The notes: generated by a model from the letters alone, not told the origin. DNA of 64,000 nucleotides from Dehalococcoidia bacterium (GCA_965262725.1 OZ253555.1:384001-448000), one strand, 5' to 3'; shown: positions 1 through 10,344, counted from the first letter of the stretch. Numbers and translations are program-made.

Positions 1-418
1 TGTCGCCGGAACAGATGATCGCCACGTCGTACTCGCCCCTGTACGCGAGCAGGGCTATGTCGAGCGCCATTCTCACGTCGATCCCCTTCTCCTGGGGACC
101 CTGCCCGTCTGCGTTGTCGGGCCAGCCGTGCGGATATCTCAACTGGCGTGCGAACACATGGCAGCCGGCCCGCTCCCAGGCTTGGCACTGCCGGACGTTC
201 GCTCGGTACGCGGCAGGTTGCAGGTAAGCGTCAGGCCTTCCCGTATACAGCCGGACTGCGGCAAGCGACCTGCCAGGGTCTCGAGAACAGAGCAGTTCAC
301 CCAGAGCGCGCGGTTGAAACTGGCCGACCCTGTATGGGTCGATCCCATCGTCAAAGAACGCCCGCCGGGCACCGCGATAGAAGTTCTGGGCATCCACGAA
401 GACGATGACGCGGCTCAT
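1..418 (-). CDS. NYN (LabA/DUF88, PIN-fold) domain protein, runs off the window edge
   Basis: Manual translation: MSRVIVFVDAQNFY ... QEKGIDVRMALD ... YDVAIICSGD, typical NYN motifs; absent from the ORF track because it is truncated. Confidence 0.85.
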   Translation of the reverse strand, partial: MSRVIVFVDAQNFYRGARRAFFDDGIDPYRVGQFQPRALGELLCSRDPGRSLAAVRLYTGRPDAYLQPAAYRANVRQCQAWERAGCHVFARQLRYPHGWPDNADGQGPQEKGIDVRMALDIALLAYRGEYDVAIICSGD

Positions 419-606
419 GGCTGCCACCGTGGGTATGCAAAACCCCGCCAGCCCCCGAAGGAGCGGCGGGGAGGATTGCCGGGAGTATCAGGTGCTCAGC
501 AGTCGAAGTCAATGAGCAGGACTCTCCTTCGCGGTGTGGCGATAGCCGAGTTCCAGACGATCTCCGAGTACCTGCCCGTAGTGGTCGGCGACCTCGAGGG
601 GCTCCG

Positions 607-972
607 CTATGCGCGGCGCTCGACCGCCTCGGTGAGGCGGTCCGCGACCTTGATCCAGCCGCGAAGTTCCTCGGCGGTTGGATCGATCTCGTAGGGGTGG
701 TGATGGCACGCTCGACTGAGCGCCCCCCACGCGTTGCTCACGGCCGCGCCGAGTTCCTCGTCGCGGAGGTACTCCCCGAGGCAAAGCAGTTGCGCGCGAG
801 CCGAGCATAGTTCGAGGCTAGGGGCATGACGGCGCCAGAGCTCGCGCATCGCGCTCTCTATCGCCTGCCGGGCGAGCACGGCGGCAGCACGAGGCCACAA
901 TCCAGCGGTAGCCGCCTCAGGGCGCTCAAGGAGCACGCGAGCCTCACCGATCAGCCACCGGGCGAGGGTCAC
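607..972 (-). CDS. Small HEPN-like protein
   Basis: Helical 121 aa with RQAIE and SRACHHHPYE (Rx4H); overlaps the stop of the upstream ATPase. Confidence 0.55.
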   Translation of the reverse strand: MTLARWLIGEARVLLERPEAATAGLWPRAAAVLARQAIESAMRELWRRHAPSLELCSARAQLLCLGEYLRDEELGAAVSNAWGALSRACHHHPYEIDPTAEELRGWIKVADRLTEAVERRA

Positions 973-1745
973 TGCAGTCGCGCCAAGTCGCGCGCCAGAT
1001 TCCCCGCCCGCTCGACGAGCACCGAGAGCGTGTCGGTGCCCATCCCCACGTGAGCGCCGCTGTTGCAGTCCTTGAACGTGTCGCCCGCCGATCGCCCGTA
1101 GCGTGAGTTGATCCCCGACAGCACATCTCCCCCGCGTGTTGAGTCATCGAACAGTGCGAGGGCGGCCTTTGCCGTCAGCGTTGTGGCGTTCTCGAGCGCG
1201 AGTTCCACGTCGCGATGGACGGCACCGCGAAGGAGACGCCTTCTTCGGAACGCGTCGGTGCACGCCGCCTCAAGCGCGCTGCGGCAGAAGCCGGGCACGA
1301 CTCGGGCCGCGACGTCAGCGTCCACGCCCTCACTGCGCACGAGAGCGCGGGCATCGTCCAGATAGCGAGCGATGGGATCGGTGCCGCGACGAACCTCGAC
1401 GACGGACTTGCCTCGACGCGCGACCACGAGCTGGCTCGCGTCGATGCCGAGCCGGCGAACTGCTTCAGGCAGTCGATCATCGTGAGTGAACACCACTACC
1501 TGTCGGACCTGTGCGATGTCATCCAGGACCTTCGCCAGTCCCTCGACCTTCGACGGATCCATCGCCTGAACGGGATCGTCGATCACCACGAAGCGGAACG
1601 GGCTCTTCTGCAGGGTGGCGCGTGGCAGAAAGAGGCTGAGGGCCAGCGCGTGCAGCTCGCCCTGGCTCATCACGCCGAGCGCGGCACCTTCCGTGCCGTC
1701 CACGCGTACGTCGAGCGACAATCTCCTGCGGGTGACAGTGCCACC
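969..1745 (-). pseudogene. C-terminal half of an SMC/Rad50-like ABC ATPase
   Basis: Signature MSQGE, Walker B/D-loop VVIDDPVQAMD, H-loop FTHD; no Walker A or coiled coil; in-frame stop near 1748. Confidence 0.8.
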
Positions 1746-1894
1746 CTACACGGTTCCCACCACCCGCCGGATCGCATCAGAATAGGTGTTACCCAAGATC
1801 TGGATGCGCGCATCAATTGCGGCCATGCCCGGTTCGATGCTCATCAGCCGTGGCGACGGAGCTATGTAGTCGAATGGCGAGTCGCGGGCATGAG

Positions 1895-2581
1895 CTAGAG
1901 GGCGACCAACTCGGCGAGCTTTCTCGCGATGTCTGCCATCGGATTCTCTGCAGTACTCAGGCCGCTTCGCGAGCCGAGCAGGGGGCTGACTTCGCGGAGA
2001 GCTTCGTATGTCGTGTTGTGCACGATGGGGACGAGCAGGTCACGCGCCAGAAGTGCCGACAACTCTTTGTCGGCGATGCCTTCTCCTTGGATGCGGCGCA
2101 GCAGCGCAGGGGTCACCAGCACGATCCCGATTCGCGATTTCGCCAGTCCCCTGTCGATTTCGCGGAGCAACGGCGTGCCGAGGCCGACATCCTTCTCGCT
2201 GAACCAGACCGAGACGCCGAGTGACACGAGCAGATCGTGCAGCTCCTTGGCGGCCTCCTGCCGGTCGTCCCACGCATGGCAGAGGAAGGCGTCCCGGGGG
2301 CCAGGCAGGGCCGCGCGCCCTTCGACGCTCTCGCGGACAGGCGTGAGAGCCCGCACTTCTGCAGGCGTGTACGACAGGGACGAACCTGGTCGCGACCATC
2401 TCGGCCTCGCGCTGCTCCCGGACCCGCCGCCGCTGCTCCGGCCGCCGGCGCTGCTCCCCGATGAGGAGTAGGACGGGGACGAGTAGGAGCGGTAGCGGCT
2501 ATAGCCGCCACCATGTACAGGGCAGGCCGCTGCACCGCTCGCTGTACGGTGGCCCATTACTGGTGCTGTACATCTAGCCAT
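1895..2581 (-). CDS. TIR domain protein
   Basis: DAFLCHAWDDR..VSVWFSEKDV..IDRGLAKSRIGIVLVTPA..ELSAL; Cys/His N-terminus MARCTAP..H..CPVH. Confidence 0.9.
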   Translation of the reverse strand: MARCTAPVMGHRTASGAAACPVHGGGYSRYRSYSSPSYSSSGSSAGGRSSGGGSGSSARPRWSRPGSSLSYTPAEVRALTPVRESVEGRAALPGPRDAFLCHAWDDRQEAAKELHDLLVSLGVSVWFSEKDVGLGTPLLREIDRGLAKSRIGIVLVTPALLRRIQGEGIADKELSALLARDLLVPIVHNTTYEALREVSPLLGSRSGLSTAENPMADIARKLAELVAL

Positions 2582-2847
2582 GTGGCCGACGATACCGAAT
2601 ACCATCGCCGCTCTCAATCGAGCCGCTCAATGCCGAGGCCAACCAGCTACAGCCGCTCGTCGCGCCGCAGCTATGGCGTCGAAGGAACGACCTGCCGAAG
2701 CTCTGGGAACGGGCGACACCGGATGAGCGGCGTCGCCTCCTGGCGCGCCGCTCAGGCACACCGCAGGGTAGGGTCAGGCCATAGCGCACGGAGGCGCGAG
2801 CACCTTTCTTGTGCAACGGCCGACTTCCTGTGCAAGGCCGCGTTATG

Positions 2848-2960
2848 GCACCAACGTGGTCGGAATCTTCCCCAACCGCGCCGCGGTCGTGCGGGGTCGG
2901 CGTCGTGCTGGCCGAGCAGCACGACGAGTGGGCCGAGGGGAGGCGCTACATGACGATGCC
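2848..2960 (+). pseudogene. IS256-family transposase C-terminal remnant
   Basis: TNVVGIFPNRAAVVR, frameshift, then VGVVLAEQHDEWAEGRRYM. Confidence 0.75.
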
Positions 2961-3218
2961 GCAGCCGTGTCGTTAGTCAGTACCTATGATCCGCCCGTCG
3001 TCACGACCTTTGATCTACCCCCTGCGGGGCCTCTGACCGCCCGGGCCGCCGGTCCGGCCACATCGGCCGCGCGGGCTACGCTACTGCTTCGCATCGGAGC
3101 GCTCCACGATCGCGTGATCTCCCTCGCGTCGGCGACGGTCTGCCGTTCCGGTGGTGTCGAGTCCCGGCCGCAGCCCGCCGAGCCCCTCCTCGCTGGCCTC
3201 AGGCACCGGAGGCGAGCC

Positions 3219-3557
3219 CTACAGGGCCTCGGACTGCGCCCCGGGAACCTCGACGACCAGTTCGAAGCGCGTCGAGATCGTGGGGGCAGCCTCGCCGAAC
3301 TCGAGGTAGGAGTCGAGCACGTCGTCGGGGATGGGCTCGGTGTGGTGCGCGATAGCGTCGTCGATGGACATCTTCGGCTCGGGGAGCGGTTCGCCGTCCC
3401 CCAGCATGGCCTCGATATGGAAGACGAGCGCCTCGCGGATCATCGCCAGCATCTCGTCCCAGGTCTCGCCGGTGCTGACGCAGCCCGGCACGTCCGGTAC
3501 GTAGGCGCCGTAGTTGTTGGGCGTCTGCTCGAAGACAACGGCGTACGTCAGCTTCAT
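3219..3557 (-). CDS. hicB: HicB-family antitoxin
   Basis: MKLTYAVVFEQTPNNYGAYVPDVPGCVSTGETWDEML..IREAL. Confidence 0.9.
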   Translation of the reverse strand: MKLTYAVVFEQTPNNYGAYVPDVPGCVSTGETWDEMLAMIREALVFHIEAMLGDGEPLPEPKMSIDDAIAHHTEPIPDDVLDSYLEFGEAAPTISTRFELVVEVPGAQSEAL

Positions 3558-3680
3558 CGACGCTCTCTCCTGAGGCCGACCTGATTCATGACACTGGCCC
3601 AGAGCTTCGGCCCCACGTCTTCGCTCAGCTCGCCCGGAATCGTGACCCTGCCCGGCTTCGCCGCGTGGCGGAACTGGTTC
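3554..3680 (-). pseudogene. hicA: HicA toxin, N-terminally truncated
   Basis: QFRHAAKPGRVTIPG..DVGPKLWASVMNQVGL directly upstream of hicB; GSH-containing N-half missing. Confidence 0.7.
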
Positions 3681-3987
3681 TGTCGTGGGCTGGGGGGAAG
3701 AAGGAGCCGCCCCTCGTCCCAGCGCCCCACGCGCACCAGCGCTGGCCGGCCGGTAGCGGGCGCTCGGGAGGAGAGGATAGGCCGACCCCCGCGGCGCCGT
3801 CCACGGGACGAGTGTGCCGGTCACGTCCGGCAAGGTGGTGTCGCAGTTCACCATTCTTATCAATTGTCAGCCGGCGGTCCGCAGCAGCACGTCCCTACGT
3901 GACGTCACCTCGACCTCCGAGACCAGAGCGACTGTGATCTTGGCCGCAGTTCGTCTGAGGACACCCACGGAAGCGCCCGAATCAGCG

Positions 3988-4192
3988 TCAGGGGCTACAC
4001 CGCTGGCATTCGATGACGTGGCGGCCAACCTCATGGGCGACTCGCAGTGCCCCCTCCTTGGACCGGAAGGGGCAGTGCCATTGCCCATCCTGTCCGCTTA
4101 CGCCGGGGGACAGCGCAAGGGCCTCCATTCTGGTGGAGTGTCGCCGAGTTGGTAGGCTTGTCTTCATTAACGTAGAAGGCCCCGGTGATCAT
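3988..4192 (-). pseudogene. Frameshifted paralog of the small Cys/His protein at 13048 and 32184
   Basis: MITGAFYVNEDKPTNSATLHQNGGPC..., frameshift near 4092, then DGQWHCPFRSKEGALRVAHEVGRHVIECQRCSP. Confidence 0.8.
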
Positions 4193-4555
4193 GCAGCAAT
4201 CCACTTCTTGGACAGGTTAGCGGTCGTTGCCGTGCCTTTGGGCGACGCGCAGGACAGTATCCCTTCCGCGCGCAGCCGACACCATCGGGCGGCTGCCGGA
4301 TTCGCGCATCTGGCGCGAAGGCTCGCCGGGGCGGCTCTCAAGCGCGCTCCAGCGTCGAAGGCAGCCGCGCGGGGTCGTGGTGCCGCCATCGAGGGAACCG
4401 GTTGCGAACGCTGCGCGGCTCACGTGCCCAACTCCGGCACGCCGAAGAACCCTGCTCCTTCCGTGCGGGCACCCGTGACGCCGGCCACGACGGTCGCGCG
4501 ATCAAGGAAGTGATTGCCCGATTCACACGCCCTCCCTCGCCCGCTCCTCCGGAGC

Positions 4556-4664
4556 AACCTCCTCCTCGATGATTTCGACCCCGTAGTTGTGGAGCCCCCG
4601 GATCTGGGTACGGCAGCGGTAGGGGCCGGTCGCCTCGATGGCGGCGGCGACATCGTCGGTGAAG
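4556..4664 (-). pseudogene. Partial diverged copy of the 5641-5958 gene
   Basis: Visible DNA similarity to 5775-5881 (FTDDVAAAIEATGPYRCRTQI..LHNYG). Confidence 0.7.
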
Positions 4665-4719
4665 CGGGGACCGCGGCGGCGCACGCACGCAGGACGCTGC
4701 GGTCGCGAGCGAGGACGAC

Positions 4720-5328
4720 GTGAGCACGAGAGCGGCCATCGCCATCGTCAGCGTGGTTGCGCTGGCTGTCGTGGTCGGCATTGCGCTCCTCGGGGATCTC
4801 CGTTCGCCTGTCTCCTGGCGAACCGATGCGGGTGAGAAGCAGACTACTGGGGAGTCTCGGCTTCCCGAGCGGTTCCCCCCATTCGAGATGACGCGCACGG
4901 TGACGAGGGGAGACTTCGAAACCAACGTCCTCCATCTCGTCTACACGGACTACCGGAACTGGAAGGAGACCCTCGTCAGCAGCACGAGGGAATCGAGCCC
5001 GGTCGGGACCGGGCAAGAAGTGCGGGACGGCAGGCTCGTCGGTCACCCGGACGCGGCGTCCGCGCGTGGATATCCCATTCCCGGACCATGGTTCCTTGAC
5101 GAGCAGGGGTTCGTCAGGCGCGCCAACGCCTCTCCCGGCAGCACGCTCATGACCGAGACGGTCGGACGTGACTTCGTGGTGGTCGTGGTCCGTGATGACA
5201 TCCGCTTGGAGATGCACTTCGACATCGAAACCGGCATTCCGGTCTTCTTTGAAGACGTGACGAACGGTCGACTCTACGAGCGCCACGAGGTCACCTCGCT
5301 CATCTCTCAGGGACGAAGAATCCGCTAG
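4720..5328 (+). CDS. Membrane-anchored or secreted hypothetical protein
   Basis: N-terminal hydrophobic helix, plausible RBS, globular beta-rich composition. Confidence 0.65.
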   Translation: MSTRAAIAIVSVVALAVVVGIALLGDLRSPVSWRTDAGEKQTTGESRLPERFPPFEMTRTVTRGDFETNVLHLVYTDYRNWKETLVSSTRESSPVGTGQEVRDGRLVGHPDAASARGYPIPGPWFLDEQGFVRRANASPGSTLMTETVGRDFVVVVVRDDIRLEMHFDIETGIPVFFEDVTNGRLYERHEVTSLISQGRRIR

Positions 5329-5640
5329 CCAACCCCGACCTCGTGGACGAGATGCGGGACGAGGGGATCACCCCCGCCGTGGGACTCGTCAGGCTCCACT
5401 TCCGCTGCGATCGCAACACAGGGCAACGCGGTGGCCCTACCGCTGTGCGTGGTGACGCGTTATCGCGGCCTCGATGCTCTCCCATGGCGCGCGAGGTCAC
5501 GGAAGGGTGGCGTGGCCAGCGACCGGACCCCTCGCGCTGCCGGCTCGGTGTCCGACCGGAAGCTACGGCGCACTGGAGGGTGTGCGGTCGGAGTGGCCGG
5601 ACAGGTTCTGTCTGTCCGGCCAGTGTCGCGAGCGACCCGC

Positions 5641-5958
5641 TCAGAGCCGCCACGCGAGCGGCTCGCCGTCGTTGAGGGCGACGAGCGCGTCTCGCAGGGG
5701 CTCCGGGAGGCTTTCCCAGGGCGGCAGCTCGTAGCCGTCGAATTCGGCAACACGCACCCACGTGCCAGCCGCGACCTCCTCTTCGATCAGCTCGATCCCG
5801 TAGTTGTGCAACCCCCAGATCTGTGTACGGCAGCGGTAGGGGCCGGCCGCCTCGATGGCGGCGGCGACCTCGTCGGTGAAGTTGGGACCATCGCCGTCCT
5901 CGAAGCCGAACTTCGAAAACGCGTCGGTGATCTCCCAGCAGATGATCCGTCGTGGCAT
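5641..5958 (-). CDS. Hypothetical acidic protein
   Basis: AAGGAGA RBS, protein-like composition, partial paralog nearby. Confidence 0.7.
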   Translation of the reverse strand: MPRRIICWEITDAFSKFGFEDGDGPNFTDEVAAAIEAAGPYRCRTQIWGLHNYGIELIEEEVAAGTWVRVAEFDGYELPPWESLPEPLRDALVALNDGEPLAWRL

Positions 5959-6083
5959 CAGGTTCTCCTTCTCTCTCGGTGCTGTCGTGGATGGCGAGGC
6001 CGGACCGGGGCGGCGGTCCGGCGTGATCTCCCGCGGTGCGCGTCAGGCGCCGCCCCGCCGCGCGCTCCCCGGTCCCGTGTGGG

Positions 6084-6986
6084 TCAGGGCGCCTCTTCCG
6101 GCGGCTCCTCCGGCGCCCCGGGACTCCGCCCGAGGATGTGATCGGCGGCGCGCTGCCCCTGCGCGGCGGCGACCACGACCAGTCGCCTGTCGTCGTCGAG
6201 CACGCGCAGCCAGGAGGCGATGTAGGCGGCGGACTGCTCAACCCGGGAGGGGTCGATCCCGGCCTCGCTCCCGAGGAAGGCGGCCGCGAACTCCGCCACC
6301 AGCTCCTCCTGCGAGTAGCGCTCGGAGCCGAAGCGGGCGGCCGTCCGGTAGCCCTCGCGCGCGAGGCGTCTCGGGTGGCCGGTGGAGTGGGCGAGCTCGT
6401 GGAAGAGCGTCGCGTAGTAGGCGTGCGCGTCCGTGAAGGCTGCGCGCGGCGGCACGTGCACCTCGTCGTGCTCGGGGACGTAGTAGGCGCCCTCGGCGTC
6501 CCAGTGGAGCGTCGGTGGGTCCCGGTAGCCGGCGATCACCGCCTCCGCGCGTTCCAGCGGATCCGGGCAGCCGCCGTCCACCCGTGCGGGCAGCGTCACG
6601 CCCTCGCACTGGTCGACGTTGAAGACGGCGTAGAGGCGGATCAGCGGGAAGCGCTCCACCCGCTCGGGATCCTCCCGTTCCGTCCGCTCGATCCACTTCC
6701 AGAGCACGACCCGGGTGCCGTGCTCGCCGCGGCGGACGTGTCCGCCCGCGGCCTCGGCCTGGCGGTAGGTGAGCCAGCGCGGGTCGCTCCAGCCGCGCTC
6801 GAGCGCGGTCATCTGGAGGACGAGCGTGTTGATGCCGCGGTAGGGGCGGTTGGAGCGGGCGTTGCGATGCCCGCGTGCGCGCCACGGCGTGCGCCACGGC
6901 ACGGTGCCGCGCTCCAGCGCGGCGATGATGCGGCCGGTGATCTCCTGGTAGGGGTCGGTCCGGCCGCCCGGCTGTCTACGCCGCAC
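6084..6986 (-). CDS. ardC: ArdC-family antirestriction protein (ssDNA-binding plus zincin domain)
   Basis: VPWRTPW..PYRGIN..WLTYRQA..VFNVDQC; HELAH and YSQEELVAE. Confidence 0.93.
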   Translation of the reverse strand: MRRRQPGGRTDPYQEITGRIIAALERGTVPWRTPWRARGHRNARSNRPYRGINTLVLQMTALERGWSDPRWLTYRQAEAAGGHVRRGEHGTRVVLWKWIERTEREDPERVERFPLIRLYAVFNVDQCEGVTLPARVDGGCPDPLERAEAVIAGYRDPPTLHWDAEGAYYVPEHDEVHVPPRAAFTDAHAYYATLFHELAHSTGHPRRLAREGYRTAARFGSERYSQEELVAEFAAAFLGSEAGIDPSRVEQSAAYIASWLRVLDDDRRLVVVAAAQGQRAADHILGRSPGAPEEPPEEAP

Positions 6987-7188
6987 CGGGGTCGTCCCCG
7001 CGAGGGCGCTGCTCGAGACGCTCGTAGAGCGTGAGACGGATCGCCCGCGCCTGGGGGCGATCGGCATCGACGGCCTGGATGAGGCAGGCCCGGAAGCCCG
7101 GGATCGGGCATTCGGGCAGCGGGATCCGGGCGACGTCGTAGCGTCCGTGCCGCGTCTCGACGACGCGACTGGGGCGGTAGGCCTCCAC
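6976..7188 (-). CDS. Small hypothetical protein
   Basis: Tightly packed between Rad52 and ardC on the same strand. Confidence 0.5.
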   Translation of the reverse strand: MEAYRPSRVVETRHGRYDVARIPLPECPIPGFRACLIQAVDADRPQARAIRLTLYERLEQRPRGDDPGAA

Positions 7189-7190
7189 GG

Positions 7191-7865
7191 TCAGGCCGCC
7201 CGTGCCCCGTTGCGGCGGTGGAGTCCGCGCGAGAGCGCGTCCACGCAGGCGAGGAGCGACGGCGCGTCGAGCTCTGCGAGCGGGCGCCCGTAGCGCTGCT
7301 CGACCCAGGCGCGCGTGCGCGCCTCGTCGGATCCGGCGCTCGACGCGATCTCGAGCACGCGGCGCCTGAGCTCATCCGGCCGCGCCTCGGTCGCGCGCGG
7401 CGCCGCACTGTTCGGCACGGCTCCGAGCCCGTTCCCGAAGCGCGCCCCGAAGTGCCGGAGTGCGCGCTTCAGCCCGTCGGTGACGGCGGCCTTGGAGGCG
7501 GCCGCGTGTTCCTGTGCCGACTGGTTCCGGGCGGCGGCCGTGCCCACGTCGCTGTGAGGCGGGCAGCCCCGGGCGGCGACCCGGACGGTCGCCGTGTAGA
7601 TGCCGGCGGGAGCGTTGTCGCCACGGTCGTCCGCGGGCAGCGGCCGGTAGGCGACCTCGCCCACGACCTCGGCCCCCCAGCCGTCGTGTCCGAAGACCGC
7701 GTTGGCCTGCTCGATGGCCCGCCAGCCCTCCAGGTAGCGGAGGATCTCTCCGTCCTCGGTGATGCGCTCCGACACGAGTGCCGGGTCGAGCGGATGTGCC
7801 AGCTGCTCAAGCGCAGCCCGGCTCAGGCGGCGCGTGCGCGTCGCCCTGCGTCTGACTTCAGCCAT
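7191..7865 (-). CDS. Rad52/Rad22 (Sak-like) single-strand annealing protein
   Basis: YLEGWRAIEQANAVFGHDGW..DVG..KAAVTDGLKRALRHFG. Confidence 0.9.
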   Translation of the reverse strand: MAEVRRRATRTRRLSRAALEQLAHPLDPALVSERITEDGEILRYLEGWRAIEQANAVFGHDGWGAEVVGEVAYRPLPADDRGDNAPAGIYTATVRVAARGCPPHSDVGTAAARNQSAQEHAAASKAAVTDGLKRALRHFGARFGNGLGAVPNSAAPRATEARPDELRRRVLEIASSAGSDEARTRAWVEQRYGRPLAELDAPSLLACVDALSRGLHRRNGARAA

Positions 7866-8911
7866 GATTCCTTCTCTCCTTCGCGTGCTTCGTGGAGCGA
7901 ACGCAGGAACGCCGCGCGTCCATCGCGGCGCCGTCCCAGTTCGCTGAGGTCGTGCGCCCCACCGGGGAGCGGCACGACGGTCGCCCGCTCCGCGAGCGCG
8001 GAGATGAGGCGGTCGGCGGCCTGACGGCCGGGGTGGTCGGCGTCGAGCGCGAGGTAGACGCGCCCGAGCGAGCGGAGGGCTGAGAGCGCCTCCCGCGAGA
8101 CGTGGGTGCCGAGCAGCGCGACGGCCGGCAGCCGCCACGCGCAGAGGGTCAGCCAGTCGAAGGGACCCTCGGTCACGACGGCGGCCGCGGCCCCGGCCCG
8201 GCGTACCTGCTCCAGGCCGAGCAGGGGCGACGGCAGGCGCAGGTTGAGGTAGCGCGGCTCCCGGCCGTCGAGCGACCGCGCGGTGAGCCAGGTCGCCAGG
8301 CCCCGGGCGTCCAGGTCCGGGACGACGATCCGCCCGGCGAGCGCGTCGCGATCGCCGCTCAGGAGCCCGAGCCCCCGGGCCGTGCCGAGCCCGAGCCTCG
8401 AGAGCTCCAGGTGACGGGCGAGCCCGCCGCCCGCGAAGCCGACGCGCAGCCCGGCAGCCACGCCGTCGTCGATACCGCGGCCGCGGACGTACGAGCGGGC
8501 CTCGCGGCTGCGCCCGTACTGCCCGGCGTAGAGGGAGGCGGCGGCCTCGATGACCGCCGCCTCGTCCGCGGCCACCGCCCGGACCGCTCGCCGCAGCGGG
8601 GATCGCAGGTCGGCGGCGGGCGGCGGGTGACCCCCAGCGGCGCTCCCCGCGAGCAGGGCGGCCGTCTCCCGGAACCCGATTCCCTGCAGGCGGCCGACGA
8701 AGTCGAAGACGTCGCCGCCCGCGTCGCAGCCGAAGCAGAAGTACCGGCCCGACTCCTCGTAGACCACGAGGCTCGGGGTGCGGTCCTCGTGGAACGGGCA
8801 GAGCCCGACGAGGCGGCGGCCCGAGCGCCGGAGCTCCACTCCGGCGCCCGAGACCGCGTGCGCGATCGGGTGTTGAGCCCGGATCGCCTCGATGTCGTAG
8901 AGCTCAGCCAC
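7823..8911 (-). CDS. DnaG-like primase (CHC2 zinc finger plus Toprim)
   Basis: CPFHEDRTPS..CFGC; VTEGPFD; YLALDAD. Confidence 0.9.
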   Translation of the reverse strand: MAELYDIEAIRAQHPIAHAVSGAGVELRRSGRRLVGLCPFHEDRTPSLVVYEESGRYFCFGCDAGGDVFDFVGRLQGIGFRETAALLAGSAAGGHPPPAADLRSPLRRAVRAVAADEAAVIEAAASLYAGQYGRSREARSYVRGRGIDDGVAAGLRVGFAGGGLARHLELSRLGLGTARGLGLLSGDRDALAGRIVVPDLDARGLATWLTARSLDGREPRYLNLRLPSPLLGLEQVRRAGAAAAVVTEGPFDWLTLCAWRLPAVALLGTHVSREALSALRSLGRVYLALDADHPGRQAADRLISALAERATVVPLPGGAHDLSELGRRRDGRAAFLRSLHEAREGEKESWLKSDAGRRARAA

Positions 8912-9206
8912 CGCGGGTGAGCTCGAGCAGGCGCCGCCGGAAGCAGGCCTCCTCGAGCGTGAGCCTCGCGCCGGCGCCCCATCCGCCCGGCAGGTGCCGC
9001 CCGAGCAGCACCCCCGGCGGGTCACCGGACTCCCAGTAGCGGAGATGAAGCTCCGCCTCGCTGTCGCACTCGCCCAGCCGGGCGAGCAGTGCCGAGACGG
9101 CGGGCTTCGCCGCCTCGCGTCGCTCCTCGGGCCACCCGAGGTACTGCTCGTAGCTGCGTTCCCAGACGGCTCGCACCGCCTGCCGGAAGCGATTCTCCCT
9201 CTGCAT
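8904..9206 (-). CDS. Hypothetical protein
   Basis: AAGGAG RBS; coupled to the primase start. Confidence 0.65.
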   Translation of the reverse strand: MQRENRFRQAVRAVWERSYEQYLGWPEERREAAKPAVSALLARLGECDSEAELHLRYWESGDPPGVLLGRHLPGGWGAGARLTLEEACFRRRLLELTRGG

Positions 9207-9357
9207 GTCGCACTCCTTCCTCGGACACTCGCTGGACACCAGCCGATCGCTTCGCGCCCGCGGGCGGACGCATCTCGCCCACGCATGGACACGACGACAT
9301 CGGGGCCGCCCGAAGGCGGCCCCGAAGATGACGGCGGTGCCGGTGGCTACGAGGGGG

Positions 9358-10344
9358 TCAGGCGAGCGGGCGTGCACCCCGGAGCGCCTGCGGGGCGAAG
9401 CGTCGGCCGCGCTCCCAGCGGCTGAGGCCGAGCGCCGAGACGACCTCCCAGCCGCCGTCCGCGGTGGGGATCAGCACGGCCCCGCGGCCGAAGCCGGCGC
9501 GGTAGTGGATCGCGGCCAGCAGGTCCAGGCGGCGGCAGGCGGTGAGCCAGCAGCCGTAGAGGTGGCGTGCCAGCTCGTCCGGCAGCCCGTTCAGCTCGGC
9601 GGATTCGAGCAGCTCGATCGCCCGGGCCGGCTCGCGCCGGTACAGGCGTCGCGCCTCGCGGAGCGCCGCCTCCGCGGCCCTCGTCTTGACTGCCTGCTCG
9701 CGCCGCCGTAGCGTTACGAACGTACGTTCGAGGTCCGGCACGCTGCTGATGTTCTTTTCCACGGAAACCAGCAGCCGCCGGGCCTCACCAATCCTTCCGC
9801 CGTCCAGGTGGTCCCCGGCCAGCTCCAGCTCGTTTCGCATCCTCGCCTCCTCTTCCTGCGCCTGCTCCTCCGCCAGCAGCCGGGCGATGTCCTCACGCCC
9901 GGCGAGCGTCGCGGCCTCTCGTTCCAGCACGGCGGCGTGCGCCTCGGCCTGGTTCACGAGCCGCTGAGCCGCCCCCGCCACGCCCTCCGCCCGCTGCCCG
10001 GCGGCGGGCTCGAAGGCCGACTCAGCGAGCACGCCGGCACGGCCCGCGGCCTCGCCCAGCTCCGAGGCGACCCCCCGCAGCCGTGCGGCCTCGCTCCGGA
10101 GCGCCCTGAGGCGGCCGAGACCCTGCTCCGCCTCCCGGCGGCGCTCGCCGTCACGGGCGAGCAGCACCTGCAGCTCGTCCAGCGCCCGCCGCGCCGCCTG
10201 CGTGAGCGCCTCGATCTCCTCCGGTCCGCTGCGCCGGATCACGGGCACGAGCGCCCGCGTCCCGGGGACCGGCCCCGCCTCCGCGAACAACCCGCGGACT
10301 CCTGCCAGCTCACCCAGACTCGTGAGCACGATTTCCTGCGTCAC
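9358..10344 (-). CDS. Coiled-coil/helical hypothetical protein
   Basis: Operonic, RBS present, long A/E/R-rich helices. Confidence 0.7.
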   Translation of the reverse strand: MTQEIVLTSLGELAGVRGLFAEAGPVPGTRALVPVIRRSGPEEIEALTQAARRALDELQVLLARDGERRREAEQGLGRLRALRSEAARLRGVASELGEAAGRAGVLAESAFEPAAGQRAEGVAGAAQRLVNQAEAHAAVLEREAATLAGREDIARLLAEEQAQEEEARMRNELELAGDHLDGGRIGEARRLLVSVEKNISSVPDLERTFVTLRRREQAVKTRAAEAALREARRLYRREPARAIELLESAELNGLPDELARHLYGCWLTACRRLDLLAAIHYRAGFGRGAVLIPTADGGWEVVSALGLSRWERGRRFAPQALRGARPLA

